This document shows positions 25,441-38,039 of a stretch of DNA of 64,000 nt, piece by piece. Every line of letters begins with the position of its first letter. Within the stretch, counting starts at the first letter, position 1. The stretch spans positions 4,774,001 through 4,838,000 of the forward strand of contig CATNEN010000005.1 in NCBI GenBank assembly GCA_950097015.1, given 5' to 3'. A program made the translations under genes and the position numbers. The DNA comes from Macrostomum hystrix (lineage: Eukaryota; Animalia; Platyhelminthes). The notes beneath the pieces were generated by a model. The model saw nothing but the letters and a program-made list of their open reading frames with translations, did no database searches and was not told where the DNA came from.

Positions 25441-28400
25441 TTAAGGCTCAGCAATGTCAGCCACAATGCTCAAAGCTCGAATCTGTTTTAGCCGGTCCCG
25501 AGTCATCTCGGCATAGGAGTCGGCTGTCAGGCAGATGAAGTCCTCTTCGGCTGCGAAGCAGTCGCTGACACGGGCGCAGAGTCTGGCCACCTGGTCGAAG
25601 TGCTGCGCCTCAGCTTGGGCCAAGGCGCGGACGCACGGCTTTGCATAGTCTGGACGGGCAGCCTGTAGTGTAGTTCAGGATCATTAAAAACTGTAGTTGT
25701 AGTTGAGGATCATTATAGACTGTGGTTGAGGATCTGGGATCATTACAAACTGTAGTTGTAGTTGAGGATCTGGGATCATTATAGACTGTAGTTGAGGATC
25801 TGGGATCATTATAGACTGTAGTTGAGGATCTGGGATCATTATAGACTGTAGTTGAGGATCTGGGATCATAATAAACTGTAGTTGAGGATCTGGGATCATT
25901 ACAAACTGTAGTTGAGGATCTGGGATCATTATAAACTGTAGTTGAGGATCTGGGATCATTATAAACTGTAGTTGAGGATCTGGGATCATTATAAACTGTA
26001 GTTGAGGATCTGGGATCATTACAAACTGTAGTTGAGGATCTGGGATCATTATAAACTGTAGTTGAGGATCTGGGATCATAATTAACTGTAGTTGTAGTTG
26101 AGGATCTGGGATCATTATAAACTGTAGTTGAGGATCTGGGATCATTATAGACTGTAGTTGAGGATCTGGGATCATTATAGACTTTAGTTGAGGATCTGGG
26201 ATCATAATAAACTGTAGTTGAGGATCTGGGATCATTACAAACTGTAGTTGAGGATCTGGGATCATTATAAACTGTAGTTGAGGATCTGGGATTATTATAG
26301 ACTGTAGTTGAGGATCTGGGATCATAATAAACTGTAGTTGTAGTTGAGGATCTGGGATCATTATAAACTGTAGTTGAGGATCTGGGATCATTATAAACTG
26401 TAGTTCAGGATCTGGGATCATAATTAACTGTAGTTGTAGTTGAGGATCTGGGATCAGTATAAACTGTAGTTGAGGATCTGGGATCATTACAAACTGTAAT
26501 GGAGGATTTGGGATCAGTACAAACTGTAGTTGAGGATCTGGGATCATTACAATCTGTAGTTGGAGATATTGGGAATTCACAAAAAATTTATTTTAATATT
26601 TTAATATATTTAGATAATCAACATCGCGCACCTGAAGTGCCTGCAGATCGCTTAGCAGCGAGTCATTGATCTGGGCCAGTTGAGTCCTGGTCGATTCTAA
26701 ATCTCGTCGCAAATAAGCCAGCGCAGCCAACCGTTTGCCAGTCCTGCTGCCCAATGTGCCGCTCTTGGCCTCCTCTTTGGCCAAATTGCTCTCTAGGCTG
26801 GCCTCTTCGCTCTGCTTGCGTTCGCGACGCTTCACCTGCGGTTATTTTTGGTATGGGATTAAAGAAAAATTGGGAGAATATCACTAGACATAGTAGATTA
26901 AGGTGGGATAAAAGCGGAGAAATTCCATCCTTAAATATAAAGTTCAAGTTAAGAAAAACCATCTTTAACATGCGGAATAAAGTCCTCGAAATGAGTAGGA
27001 TAACATCCTAGAAATCCCATGTCTAGAATGTGGGATAAATCCAGGAAATCCTATCGCTAGAATGTAGGATACAATCCTAAAAATCCCTTCTCTAGAATGT
27101 AGGAAAAATACTTGAAATCCTATCGTTATAATGTAAGAAAAATCCTGGAAATCCTATCGTTATAATGTAGGATAAAATCATAGAAATCCTATCCCTAAAA
27201 TGTAGGATAAATCCTGGAAATCCTATCTCTAGAATGTAGGATAAAATCATAGAAATCCCATCTCTAGAAAGTAGGATAAACTCATAGAAATCCCATCTCT
27301 AGAATGTAGGATTAAATCCTAGAAATCCCATATCTAGAATGTAGGATACAATCCTGGAAATCCTATCTCTAGAATGTAGGATAAATCCTGGAAATCCTAT
27401 CTCTAGAATTAGGATAAATCCTGGAAATCCCATCTCTAAAATGTAGGATAAATCCTGGAAATCCCATCTCTAGAATGTAGGATAAAATCATAGAAATCCT
27501 ATCTCTAGAATGTAGGATAAATCCTGGAAATCCTATCTCTAGAATTAGGATAAATCCTGGAAATCCCATCTCTAAAATGTAGGATAAATCCTGGAAATCC
27601 CATCTCTAAAATGTAGGATAAATCCTGGAAATCCCATCTCTAAAATTTAGAATAAATCCTGGAAATCCTATCTCTAGAATGTAGGATAAATCCTTTAAAT
27701 TCCATCTTTCGAATGTAGGATCATATCTAGAAAGTAGGATAAACTCATAGAAATCCCATCTCTAGAATGTAGGATAAAATCCTAGAAATCCCATCTCTAG
27801 AATGTAGGATACAATCCTGGAAATCCCATCTCTAGAATGTAGGATAAAATCCTAGAAATCCTATCGTTATATTGTAGGATAAATCCTGGAAATCCTATCT
27901 CTAGAATGTAGGATAAAATCATAGAAATCCCATCTCTAGAATGTAGGATAAAATCATAGAAATCCCATCTCTAGAATGTAGGATAAATCCTGAAAATCCT
28001 ATCTCTAGAATGTAGGATAAAATCATAGAAATCCCATCTCTAGAATGTAGGATAAATCCTGGAAATCCTATCTCTAGAATGTAGGATAAATCCTGGAAAT
28101 CCCATCTCTATAATGTAGGATAAATCCTGGAAATCCTATCTCTAGAATGTAGGATAAATCCTGGAAATCATATCTCTAGAATGTAGGATAAAATCATAGA
28201 AATCCCATCTCTAGAATGTAGGATAAATCCTGGAAATCCTATCTCTAGAATGTAGGATAAATCCTGGAAATCCCATCTCTATAATGTAGGATAAATCCTG
28301 GAAATCCTATCTCTAGAATGTAAGATAAATCCTGGAAATCATATCTCTAGAATGTAGGATAAAAATCATAAAATCCTTTAAATTCCATCTTTCGAATGTA

Positions 28401-28972
28401 GGATCATCTCTAGAAAGTAGTATAAAATACTAGAAATCCCATATTTAAAAGCCTTGAAATCCCATCTCTAGAATGTAGAATGAAATTCCACAAATCTCAC
28501 CTCGAAAAAGTAGACCAAAAGCAGATAAATCCCAACTTAAAAAGACATTTGACAAAAGCCAAGAAGTTCCATATTCATATACAATAAATGTGGTCTAAAA
28601 CTTGCTCATAGATTCACTAACCTGGCGCATTACACACGGCTGAATTCTTTGCAGCTGGGCCATTGGCTTGGCAACAAATCTGTTGATATGCCCGGCCAAC
28701 TGGTCAAAGGCCAGCTCTTTAGACCGCACCAGGCCCTGCCAGTTGTCGAGGCTGGCCTGCATCTCCGGGAACTGGTCCGAGTGCTGCATCAGGTTCATGA
28801 CTAAATCCCATTCAGCTGGGGCGCATTTTTTCAACGACTGACTAGCCGCTTTACTGTTTAAGCATATCTCTTTGCTGCATGTGTCAAGGTGTTGCAAAGC
28901 AGCTAGTTGGCGATCTAGTTCAAGCTGATCAGCGTGTACAATGGACTGGCGTTTGCTTGCTTTGCTGCTCAT
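25441..28972 (-). CDS. BIN3: Bridging integrator 3-like BAR-domain protein, 3 coding exons
   Basis: Exons 28622-28972, 26632-26835, 25441-25662 (all phase 0). Helical BAR-like sequence; VKRRE and the C-terminal IRALSIVAD match recalled BIN3 (AVKRRE, LRALSIVADD). Confidence 0.85.
25684..26575. repeat. 30-bp minisatellite (gttgaggatctgggatcattataaactgta)n, BIN3 intron 2
   Basis: Tandem units between in-phase exons. They give the MIPDPQLQFI pseudo-ORF. Confidence 0.95.
27005..28500. repeat. ~34-bp minisatellite (tagaatgtaggataaatcctggaaatcctatctc)n, BIN3 intron 1
   Basis: Tandem units, degenerate at the edges. Confidence 0.93.
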
Positions 28973-30256
28973 TGTTGATCCACTGTAAAAGTAGTTATAG
29001 TGCAATATTATGTAGCGTAAATTTGCCAAGCAGATAATAATTTAGTTGAGTTAGATTGTGATTTAGCTCGGATTTTGTTTAGTTTGTCAGCTACTAAAGG
29101 TAGCAATGAAAAAACAAGTACAGATATTACTGGAGGAATGTAGCAATGAGCATTGCTGGAATAAACTTTTAACCACCAAAATTTTTCTGCCATGTAACTG
29201 ACAGTCTGACACTAAACACAGTGTTGTACACTGTGATAGTTACGACAGTAAAGGACATAGTTTGCAAAATAGCAAAGTTTCTAAGTAAATTTGGTTGGAT
29301 TATAAAACTTAGTACTGCAGAACTAATAGTTGCCATGCTTGTAAAATTTAATATTATCAAGATCAAGCAAGCACTTTATTCTTTGCTAGAAATATATTTT
29401 TTCTGCCACTTGTTTCAACTTGTAATATACTTAAAACATTTTCAGATTTTCAGGCATATACATTCAATTTTCATTTGAGATGTAGCCACTCACACTAAAT
29501 GCATTCTAGCTTAATCTCTCTAGCACACCACTTCCTATGTGCTGATTTGCTAAACACAGACTAGGCCTACCAATAACAGCCTAACACCACGCTATATATA
29601 AAACATACGAAAGTGCAAAGCAGTCAACCATTACTGTTTCCCACTACCTTAACTTCTTCCAACTCCTAGCCTTGCTAGCAAACCAATCTAACGTTCTAGC
29701 AGTCAACCAGACTACAGACTCAATTATTAGACAATAGGCCTTAGCCTTGAACTGCTGAATATTCAAATAATCTGATAAGTAGCCTACCACATTCCTGACT
29801 GCCTCTTACTTACTTAGTTACTTACTGATTGCTTACCACCTTTGTGATTGCCTGAATCCTTTGCATCAGTAATACAATTGGAAATATAACACCTAAGAGA
29901 AGGTTTAACACCACTGGAAACTCGAGTTGAACTTACCACTCATTGACCTAAATTAGGATATACTTCATTAGAAACTAGAACTAGGCCTAATAACTACAAA
30001 CCATACAAGTTTACACCATAAGGTAGGCCTATAGGGCCTATCATATTCTTATTTGCCAAATCCCATAGACATATTTTCCTTGGATACCACCATGTCATGA
30101 CATGGTGTACAATTTTTTGCAAATTTGAGTTTAGCAAAACAGTTCTAAAAGATCACCAAAATTTTAATTTCGTTAGGGCTTACTTTTCAATTCAAACTTA
30201 ATTGGCTATTTTGGCAAGGGTTTAACTCCAGTTTACACATGTAGCTATGTGATAAT

Positions 30257-30563
30257 TCAGAACAGATTCGCAATGTTATTGGCCTTTCTAGCCTTTGAGC
30301 ACTGAATAACAATCCTTTGCAAGAACTGCCCACTGAGCTCTACAGCGAAGCAGTGGAGCATATCTAAAGTATTCTGTGTCTTTGGATCCACTGCCAAGAC
30401 ATTTTGGCTGTCAATAGGATCATCCAAAAGTGATGAGTTTCGTGTCCCAGATGCAAACGATTCATTGGATTCAGAAGCTCCCTGCACAGAATGAGCTGCT
30501 GGTGACTCATAGCTGTCGGAGTCCAAGAGTCCAAAAAATCTCAACAGATTGGTTATCCTCCAT
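30257..30563 (-). pseudogene. Putative ~100-aa ORF broken by a 1-nt frameshift in a T6 run, or a real gene with a sequencing error
   Basis: ATG at 30563 (MEDNQSVEIF) joins the open frame 30257..30544 if one T is removed from the run at 30533-30538. No family recognised. Confidence 0.35.
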
Positions 30564-31962
30564 AGTCAGGAAGGTGTCCGTACGCCGGAATTTTCCGGCG
30601 TACATCAGCCCCCCCCCAAAAATGGCGTACAGTTTCGCGTACACGCGGTCCGAAAAATGGCGTACATTTTTTAAAACAAGTTTTTTAGCTTTCAGCAGTT
30701 TTAGAATTGTTTTCTGAGAAAACCGTACTTTAAATTTGTGTAAAAACGCGTTTATTTTCGCGAATTAATATATATTTACCGCAAATGTGATTTCTCTGCC
30801 TTCTCTAACAAATAATTAACTTGATTTATTCCACAGAATTCGTTAGTAACCAGCCGAATTCAAAGCGAGGCAAAATGGCGAAGAACACTCAGGAGGCGCA
30901 CAGCTAAAAGCGACCTCAATAGCTATGTACTTTATAATGTTAGCCAGTTACAATTTATATTTATTTTTCTATTATATATATATTTTTTAACGCTAACCAG
31001 TTACAATTTCTATTTTTATTATTATTTTTATTTATAACGATAATAACGTTAACGTTAACGTTAATATGAGAAAATTACTCTAAGCGGATATCAGCGCGCG
31101 AATGAGTTGACACCTTAAAAGAGCTCACCTTAAAAGGCTAGCAGGCGGGGTGGGGGCGGCCACCCACTCCATACAGGTGCAAACAATTAAAGGCAGGGGT
31201 TGGCTGATCACTAAAGCCGGTTTGCACAGGCGCAAGCACCCATGCAAACCAAAGCAATGTCATTTCATAATATTTTTGGCTGCTCTTTTGTATCACTTTC
31301 TTTACTGTACAGAAACGGATTGGTTATGTTATTATATTTTTTCACAATTGACTAATGATGTTTAAGTAACATAAATGTTATAAATATAAATATCTGCTAA
31401 AAAAGTTCTAAATTCTAAAATATCTTTATAAAGTACGCTAGGATAATTCGTCTCCTTGACTTCATGGATTTCGTGTAATTGTCAGTGAATCGTTCTTGCG
31501 CGAATGATTAAATTGTCGCTGATGGATATCGCTTGAACTATGAACTTTCCCGAATGGTCATTTTGATTTGCGAAATTAAATATTTTTTTATGTCGTTAAC
31601 GATAAGCGATTATTGTTATATAGCTACACAGCCTTTTAAATGGTGCATGTAGTAAATGAAGTATACGAATATAGCACAGTTATTTATAGTTATTATGCAA
31701 TTGTAACACGTTAGTTTACGATGACGTAAATTTAGGTATAGGTAAAGAATTGCATGTGTATGCATAAAATTAGTGGTGTTAATAATCGGTTCAATTGTAA
31801 GCATTTGATCATCTACGAGTTTATCGTAATTTGTTCCAGTTTGTTCATAAATAAAGAGAAGTTATTTAAAGTTATGTTGCTGTAGGCTGACTCAATATTA
31901 AAACCATAAATTATTGATCATAAATTATTGATCACACTGACTAGGCAGATCAACCTTCGCTT

Positions 31963-33825
31963 TTAACTGGTTTCGATACGACGTCGATGAATTTCTTTGC
32001 GAAATGTCGGACTCAGGACTAGAGTGATAACGGGCACTGTGCCGAATCGAATAACAACGTCGGCAAGAAATAATAAAGGTACATAAAGTGTACATGGACA
32101 TGAAGTACATGGAAGTGTACTTCAGGGTGGTGTGGAAGTGTACTTCAGGGTGGTGTGGAAGTGTACTTTAGGGTGGTGTGGAAGTGTACTTCAGGGTGGT
32201 GTGGGAGTGTACTTCAGGGTGGTGTGGGAGTGTACTTCAGGGTGGTGTGGGAGTGTACTTCAGGGCGGTGTGGAAGTGTACTTCAGGATGGTGTGGAAGT
32301 GTACTTCAGGGTGGTGTGGAAGTGTACTTCAGGGTGGTGTGGGAGTGTACTTCAGGGTGGTGTGGGAGTGTACTTCAGGGTGGTGTGGGAGTGTACTTCA
32401 GGGTGGTGTGGGAGTGTACTTCAGGGTGGTGTGGGAGTGTACTTCAGGGTGGTGTGGGAGTGTACTTCAGGGTGGTGTGGGAGTGTACTTCAGGGTGGTG
32501 TGGGAGTGTACTTCAGGGTGGTGTGGGAGTGTACTTCAGGGTGGTGTGGGAGTGTACTTCAGGGTGGTGTGGAAGTGTACTTCAGGGTGGTGTGGGAGTG
32601 TACTTCAGGGTGGTGTGGGAGTGTACTTCAGGGTGGTGTGGGAGTGTACTTCAGGGTGGTGTGGAAGTGTACTTCAGGGTGGTGTGGGAGTGTACTTCAG
32701 GGTGGTGTGGGAGTGTACTTCAGGGTGGTGTGGGAGTGTACTTCAGGGTGGTGTGGGAGTGTACTTCAGGGTGGTGTGGGAGTGTTCTTGAGAGTGACTA
32801 CCTGACGATGAGAAAGTCAGTGGCGTATTTGTTTACAAATCATACTGTTTAGGCTGGAACAATTAGAGAATGAACTCGATAAAGTACTAAAACGTTTCAT
32901 GAAACTCTTCAAAGTGTTGATGTTTAACCTGATAAATAAAGTTATGAGTTTTGCACTTCTATTTATTTTTGGCTCAAATGCTCACATAGGTTTTGCATAG
33001 TCTACGGATGTAAAGACTATAAGTTAGTTAACGTTTTATGCTAAGTCGAGCATTTGTTTTTCGAATCCTAACGCAGGATTTTCAGTTCTCAACTCGCTCC
33101 CCACCTTTCAGGTAGGCTAGCAGGCACAGACGGAAGCAGCTCTCATTCTGTAGATTGCAGCGACAGTCTGGTGGCAAGTTTCTACTCTGAGCAGCTGTCT
33201 GTCGCACCCACCGTTCCATGTCGGCGTACATGGACTTTCCAGCAGGGCAGAGGCTATCGTCGCGAATGCACGGCCGAATCTGCTGCCAAAGAGCCTCGGC
33301 TTCGCGAAGCGTCTGTGTCGGGGAAAAGTGTTTTTAATTTTTCATTCGTCAAAAATGCATCAATTTGGCTTGAAAGAAGTCACTAAAGGGCTCACACTCT
33401 CGTGGTTTTTAAGGATCTTGATATTCAAAATCATGAGCTGGTAATAGTAGGCCTCAAAGCACTGACGGACGCAACGTTGACTGTCGAATTCACAACGACA
33501 CTCGCTTGGCGGAGTTTTCGAAGCGTGCCAGAACTTTATGTACGCCCGGTACTCCTCAAAGAATGGCCGACCGTTGACTTGCTGGCAGTCAATGTTGCGA
33601 CGAAGACATGGTCCATAGGCATCTTCAACTGCGGCCGACCTTGCCTGTTCAGCTGACTCCTAGAATGTAAAAATATATATAAGCCAAAAACGAAGTTCTG
33701 TCTTTGAAATGTCGCACATTGAATGTCAATATTGTCAAAATTAAAAAAAGGAAAAAATCTGGTCTTACCGCGGAACAAACTGTGCGCACGACTAGTGCAA
33801 GAAGAAGAAATGACTTCAGCGCCAT
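31963..33825 (-). CDS. Unrecognised secreted protein (~200 aa) with two tandem 6-cysteine domains
   Basis: Exons 33769-33825 (signal peptide MALKSFLLLALVVRTVCSA), 33396-33659, 33105-33312, 31963-32036 have GT-AG ends and consistent phases. The last exon is least certain. The gene is absent from the ORF track. Confidence 0.8.
32110..32785. repeat. 23-bp minisatellite (ggtggtgtgggagtgtacttcag)n in the last intron of the secreted-protein gene
   Basis: Near-perfect tandem units. Three overlapping repetitive ORFs result from the non-triplet period. Confidence 0.96.
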
Positions 33826-34254
33826 TATAAGTAGCTCGTATATTCTTCTTCAGTTCAGAAACGTTTTAGTTCTGCTGCAGTTGTTACATTCTTTAAATAG
33901 TAGCGAACTGGTAGGATAATTATATATAATTTGTGTTTTATAATGCATTTATATCATCGAGCTTAAAACCAATAATAGCGATTAAACTACAGCCAATTAA
34001 ACCATTACTGCTCTAGACACTGCAGCATCAGTTACCAGCAATTTAAAACAGACTGACAATGGATTTCGAATGAAATATAGTGCAAAACTGCATTTAAATG
34101 TCTGGGTTCGACTAGTGTAACTTTCTGGCGGACAATTATTTTAACAACTTCCCGAGACTGAGTTTCCCGATGTTCTTGAAATAGCGGCGACTTTGCGGTT
34201 TGAAAGTTTTGACCTTATTTGTCATTGACAAGATAATTATAAGGCAAACAGTAA

Positions 34255-34572
34255 TAATAATAATAATAATAATAATAATTGATTACACCTGCCCCAATTA
34301 GGCCAGATGTGCAGCCAACAGCACAGCCGCAGCTATTGCGCGGCGCATCTGAAGGCTGCGTACGGCAGTTCAGTCCATGGACTGGGGGGACGCCACACCC
34401 ACCTTCAATTATCCTAGCTGATGCTGGTATCCATTTAACAGCTGGGTGAATTGAAGCAATGCCGAGTTAAGTGTCTTGCTAAAGGACACAAATTGTTCTA
34501 GTGGAGTCGGGAATCGAACCCCCGACCTTCAAGTCGTGAGTCCGACGCTCTAACCACTAGGCTACAACCTCT
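34255..34572 (-). mobile_element. SINE family A, full length
   Basis: Reverse-complement match to 14634-14940, with a long (TAA)n tail at 34255-34280. Confidence 0.88.
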
Positions 34573-34659
34573 TTGTGGCAAACAGTAATATAGTTAGAAA
34601 GTATGCCCCAATATTATCACCCAAGTTGCAATTCTCAAACCATTTTTCAAACTTTCTAT

Positions 34660-34792
34660 GTGCCTTGGAGGTTGGCCCTCAAGGGCGCAAATGGTACGAC
34701 AAGCCCCAACGCCTTCTCTCCCCCCAAATGAATGTGGCCTCGCCGCGAATCGAGCTTAGGGACCTTGGTTAACGCGTTAACCGCTCTGCCAC
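34660..34792 (-). mobile_element. SINE family B, 5' part
   Basis: gtgccttggaggttggccctc..aatgtggcctcgcc..aaccgctctgccac matches the other B copies. Confidence 0.8.
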
Positions 34793-35564
34793 TGATTTGT
34801 ACGTGTGCCAAGTGTCTGGCTAAGACCACTAGCGCGGTAGAAGGACGGGCGACTATGTTTCTTAGAAAATAGTTTAGTAGGTTGGGCACGGAGACAGGGA
34901 ATTTAGTTTTCACCATTTTCTGCCACAAATTTAGCGAACGCGTTTCATAAAGAGGTGTATAATTAGTTATTAGCAGTCGATGGTTTCTGTCTCGTTGGAT
35001 ATGAAATATAAAATCCAGTGTCCCGTAAATTCGTAAAAGACATAAATTCGGTATGTCTTGTAGACAGACAACATAGCATTTAAACAACTTGGCTTTTTAA
35101 AGGAAGGATGTCTATCATTTTATTATATCTTGGAAAACTCGTTCACACCAGGTTGTGCCCACATCCTACCTTGAAGCAATGTGACAAACTCAATGCATTT
35201 GAGGGACACAATGGACAACCTTGTGCCGAGAAAAAGAGTACAGCCACTCAAAATAGACTGTGCAAACAGGCAGAGAACTTTGCTAGCACAATCTCTCCAA
35301 GCCAATGGCAAAGGTGCTGTGAGACGTAAGGGAAGTATCGGGCTGAGATATGAGCGCGCGAATCTTTTTTAACAACCCATAATGCTAGCTAAACATATTT
35401 AAGAAATTACTGTTGGCGAGACACTTTATTGTTGACAATCGAAACTAAATTAAACAGCTGCCTTAGCTGGCCTGGATTTTCTACAAGCCTGAAAAAGAAG
35501 TTCCACTTAGACTCTGGTCTGACAGAACCCAGAAAAGTTTTCTATTATCATCAGAAACTGATTA

Positions 35565-37258
35565 ATGACGATTAATCAATTTAGGAAAACAATCGAATTC
35601 TGCAATGCGCTGCTGCTGTTGCTACTTATCAAACACATCCAGACTGTTGTAGAGGCCAAGCCCTGTTCAACACGTGCCGGCTCCCAGTTCTGCCTGCTGA
35701 GCAGACGAGGAGACCTCAGCATCAGCTGTGCTCTGGGCGCGGTCGCTCTGCTGTTGAAGTTCCAGGACGACGCCACCTCCTGGCCCTCTGAGTCCGGCCG
35801 AGGTCTCAGAGACTGCGGCTCGATTCTACAGCTAAAAATCACCGGCTGGGGAGGTCCCGAGCTCCAGTCGGGCCACACGGCCCAGCTGCCCGGACTGAGA
35901 AAGCTGGAGATTCAGGATGGCGCAGTTCAACGACTCGGCGACAACGTTTGCCGCCGAGGCCTGCTAGAGCTCGTCTTGGTCAGGAATCGAATCTCGGACC
36001 TCAATCCGGAAGCCCTGTCAGAGTGCGACAGTCTCGAGCTGCTGGACCTCAGCGACAACCGAATTGGGGCGCTGCCGGACCGATTTCTGGCCGCCTGCAC
36101 CAAGCTGCGAGTCCTGAAGCTCAGCGGAAACAGACTGGAACAGCTGGGACCTCTGGCGCTTCAGGTGAGACCTCAGGTGGATGAAGCTGAGGATGCCCTA
36201 TTTAAGGCTCGCCACCCTCCCTGCTCCCCTGCATCCTCTATGGCACAATTCTTCGTCCTTTCCGCCCCATCATCCCCATCCTCCGCCATTCCGCCCCTTC
36301 CTCCCCCATTCCGCCCTTCCTCCTCCATTCCGCCCCTTTTCGGTCCCTTCCTCCCCCTTTCCGAGAAAATTCCGGCACCCAGTTAAACAAATTCGTCCCC
36401 TCACAAAAACCCGTCGCCTGCCGCAAGGGCGCCCCGAGCCTGTTTGAGCTGCACGCGCCGCGCAACCGGTTCCGCGCGCTGAGCAGTCTGGAGCGAGCCT
36501 TCGAATCCAACAGACAGTTGAGCATCATCGACCTGCGACACAATGTCCTGTTTGCCTACCTGCCCAGCTCAGCTGACGGCCTGTGCGGACCAGACAATGT
36601 CACCGTCCTGCTGCACTTCGCCGGCTGCGCTCCGTCGCCTGCCGACTCCAGCATCTGTCGAGAAGCTCGCCGACACCGTTGCCTGGGCAGCTCCGCTCAT
36701 CTGGTCGTGACCTTCAACAGTTGCGTTATGTCTCTGGACTCCATCAGTTTGACCTGTTCGACTCAACCAATCACCCGTGCCTCTACAGTTACCTGCCCTA
36801 CAATGAAAGCGGAAGATTCACATGGTTTGTCCTCAGCAAGCGGTACCAACAAGACGATGGTTCTTCGCAGCCTGGGCCTATATCCAGACGGTGTGTGGCT
36901 GCTGTACGCTCTCGCCTTTTCGGTGGCGTTCTCTCTGATTGTCATCATTGTCTCTCTGATTGTCTGCCACCAGTTGAAGCTTCGTCTGGCTCGTCTGGAG
37001 GCTCGCTATACGACGCCGTTGAGCATGGACTTTGGTGGCGACCTGACGTTGTGTAACTACCAGATTCTGCGCAGTCGTCAGTCGCTCCAACCGGTCAAGG
37101 TGCTGACAGCAACGCCAGCGCCCAGCAGGCGTCGATCCAGTGTTGACGGCGCATCGCAGTGCGACGTTGAGATTCCTGACGATCTCGCGCTGCAGCTGCT
37201 AGTTGAAGATACGTCACAAAAGTCAGAGCAGCTGGTTGACAATGATTGTTTGCAATAG
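35565..37258 (+). CDS. LRR single-pass transmembrane protein, paralogue 1 (2 exons)
   Basis: Exons 35565-36164 and 36383-37258 (phase-0 intron). Signal peptide, Cys-rich N-cap, LRRs (LELLDLSDNRIGAL, LRVLKLSGNRL, LSIIDLRHNVL), Cys-rich C-cap, TM helix (VWLLYALAFSVAFSLIVIIVSLIVC) and a short tail with no recognisable TIR or kinase domain. Confidence 0.88.
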
Positions 37259-37404
37259 TTGCACTTCAACTCTTATCTATAAGGCGATGCATTTGCTTAG
37301 CTAGGAAACTCATTTGTATAGTATCAATTAGTTTCTTTTAATAATAGTTTCCGAAGACCTTGGTCGCCTACTCGATTAGAGTTTTCAACTTCTTAACAGC
37401 GGAG

Positions 37405-37760
37405 TATAATAATAATAATATTAATAGCATGAGGGCTGCGGGCAATGGCACATCATTTGGTGACAATAGACCCGCAGCCAGCGCATTTCGCTGACTCCTG
37501 AGCACACACGCACACAGATACCGTACACAGGCACACGCTCACACAGGTGTGTACATCTGCCCTGACTTTCTCATCATCAGGCAGTGTACACTCTCACTTT
37601 GCCTTGGAGGTTGGCCCTTAATGACGTAAATTGCATGACAAGCCCCCCAAGCCTTCTCTCCGCGGCTGCGCCCCAAATGAATGTGGCCTCGCCGTGGAAT
37701 CGAACTCAGGGACCTAGGTGCGAGAGGCAAACGCGATAACCGCTCTGCCACCGACCCCCC
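37405..37760 (-). mobile_element. tRNA-derived SINE, family B, full length
   Basis: On the minus strand: A-box TGGCAGAGCGG, B-box GTTCGATTCC, a conserved body, a 3' GCTGCGGG..CCCGCAGC stem-loop and an (ATT)n tail. Confidence 0.88.
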
Positions 37761-38039
37761 TGCAGCTGCATCAGTGTTAAGTTAGAAAATTGATTGAGTG
37801 TTGCGGCCCATTCAGTCCATGGACTGGACAGCCTTACGCAGCCTTTGGAAACTGCCTATTTGCATCAGGCCGAGATGGGTTTGACGACAATTTCTTCTCC
37901 AATTCCGATTTAGCTACGTCCAAAATGTCCGCATACACGGATGCTTCAATTCTCAAGTTATTTTCAATGCAGTTTAGTAAACATATTTGTTCGTATTTTT
38001 TGCTTTCACAATTTTGTACAAGTACAATTGATAGCTGGT

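Noticed and set aside
25684-26580. 298-aa ORF of MIPDPQLQFI decapeptide repeats on the BIN3 sense strand
   Set aside because: A 30-bp stop-free minisatellite inside BIN3 intron 2. BIN3 exons 26632 and 25662 join in phase and match the family without it. Exonisation cannot be excluded without RNA data.
36165-36386. Proline-rich extensions in ORFs 35565..36386 and 44631..45998
   Set aside because: Read-through of the C-rich intron. GT-AG sites at the same codon in both paralogues restore a continuous LRR frame.
37600-37700. Possible HDV-like ribozyme in SINE B (gggcgca..gcc ttctctccgc ggc tgcgccc)
   Set aside because: P1- and P3-like pairings exist, but the GG for P1.1, P4 and a P2 partner are missing in either orientation.
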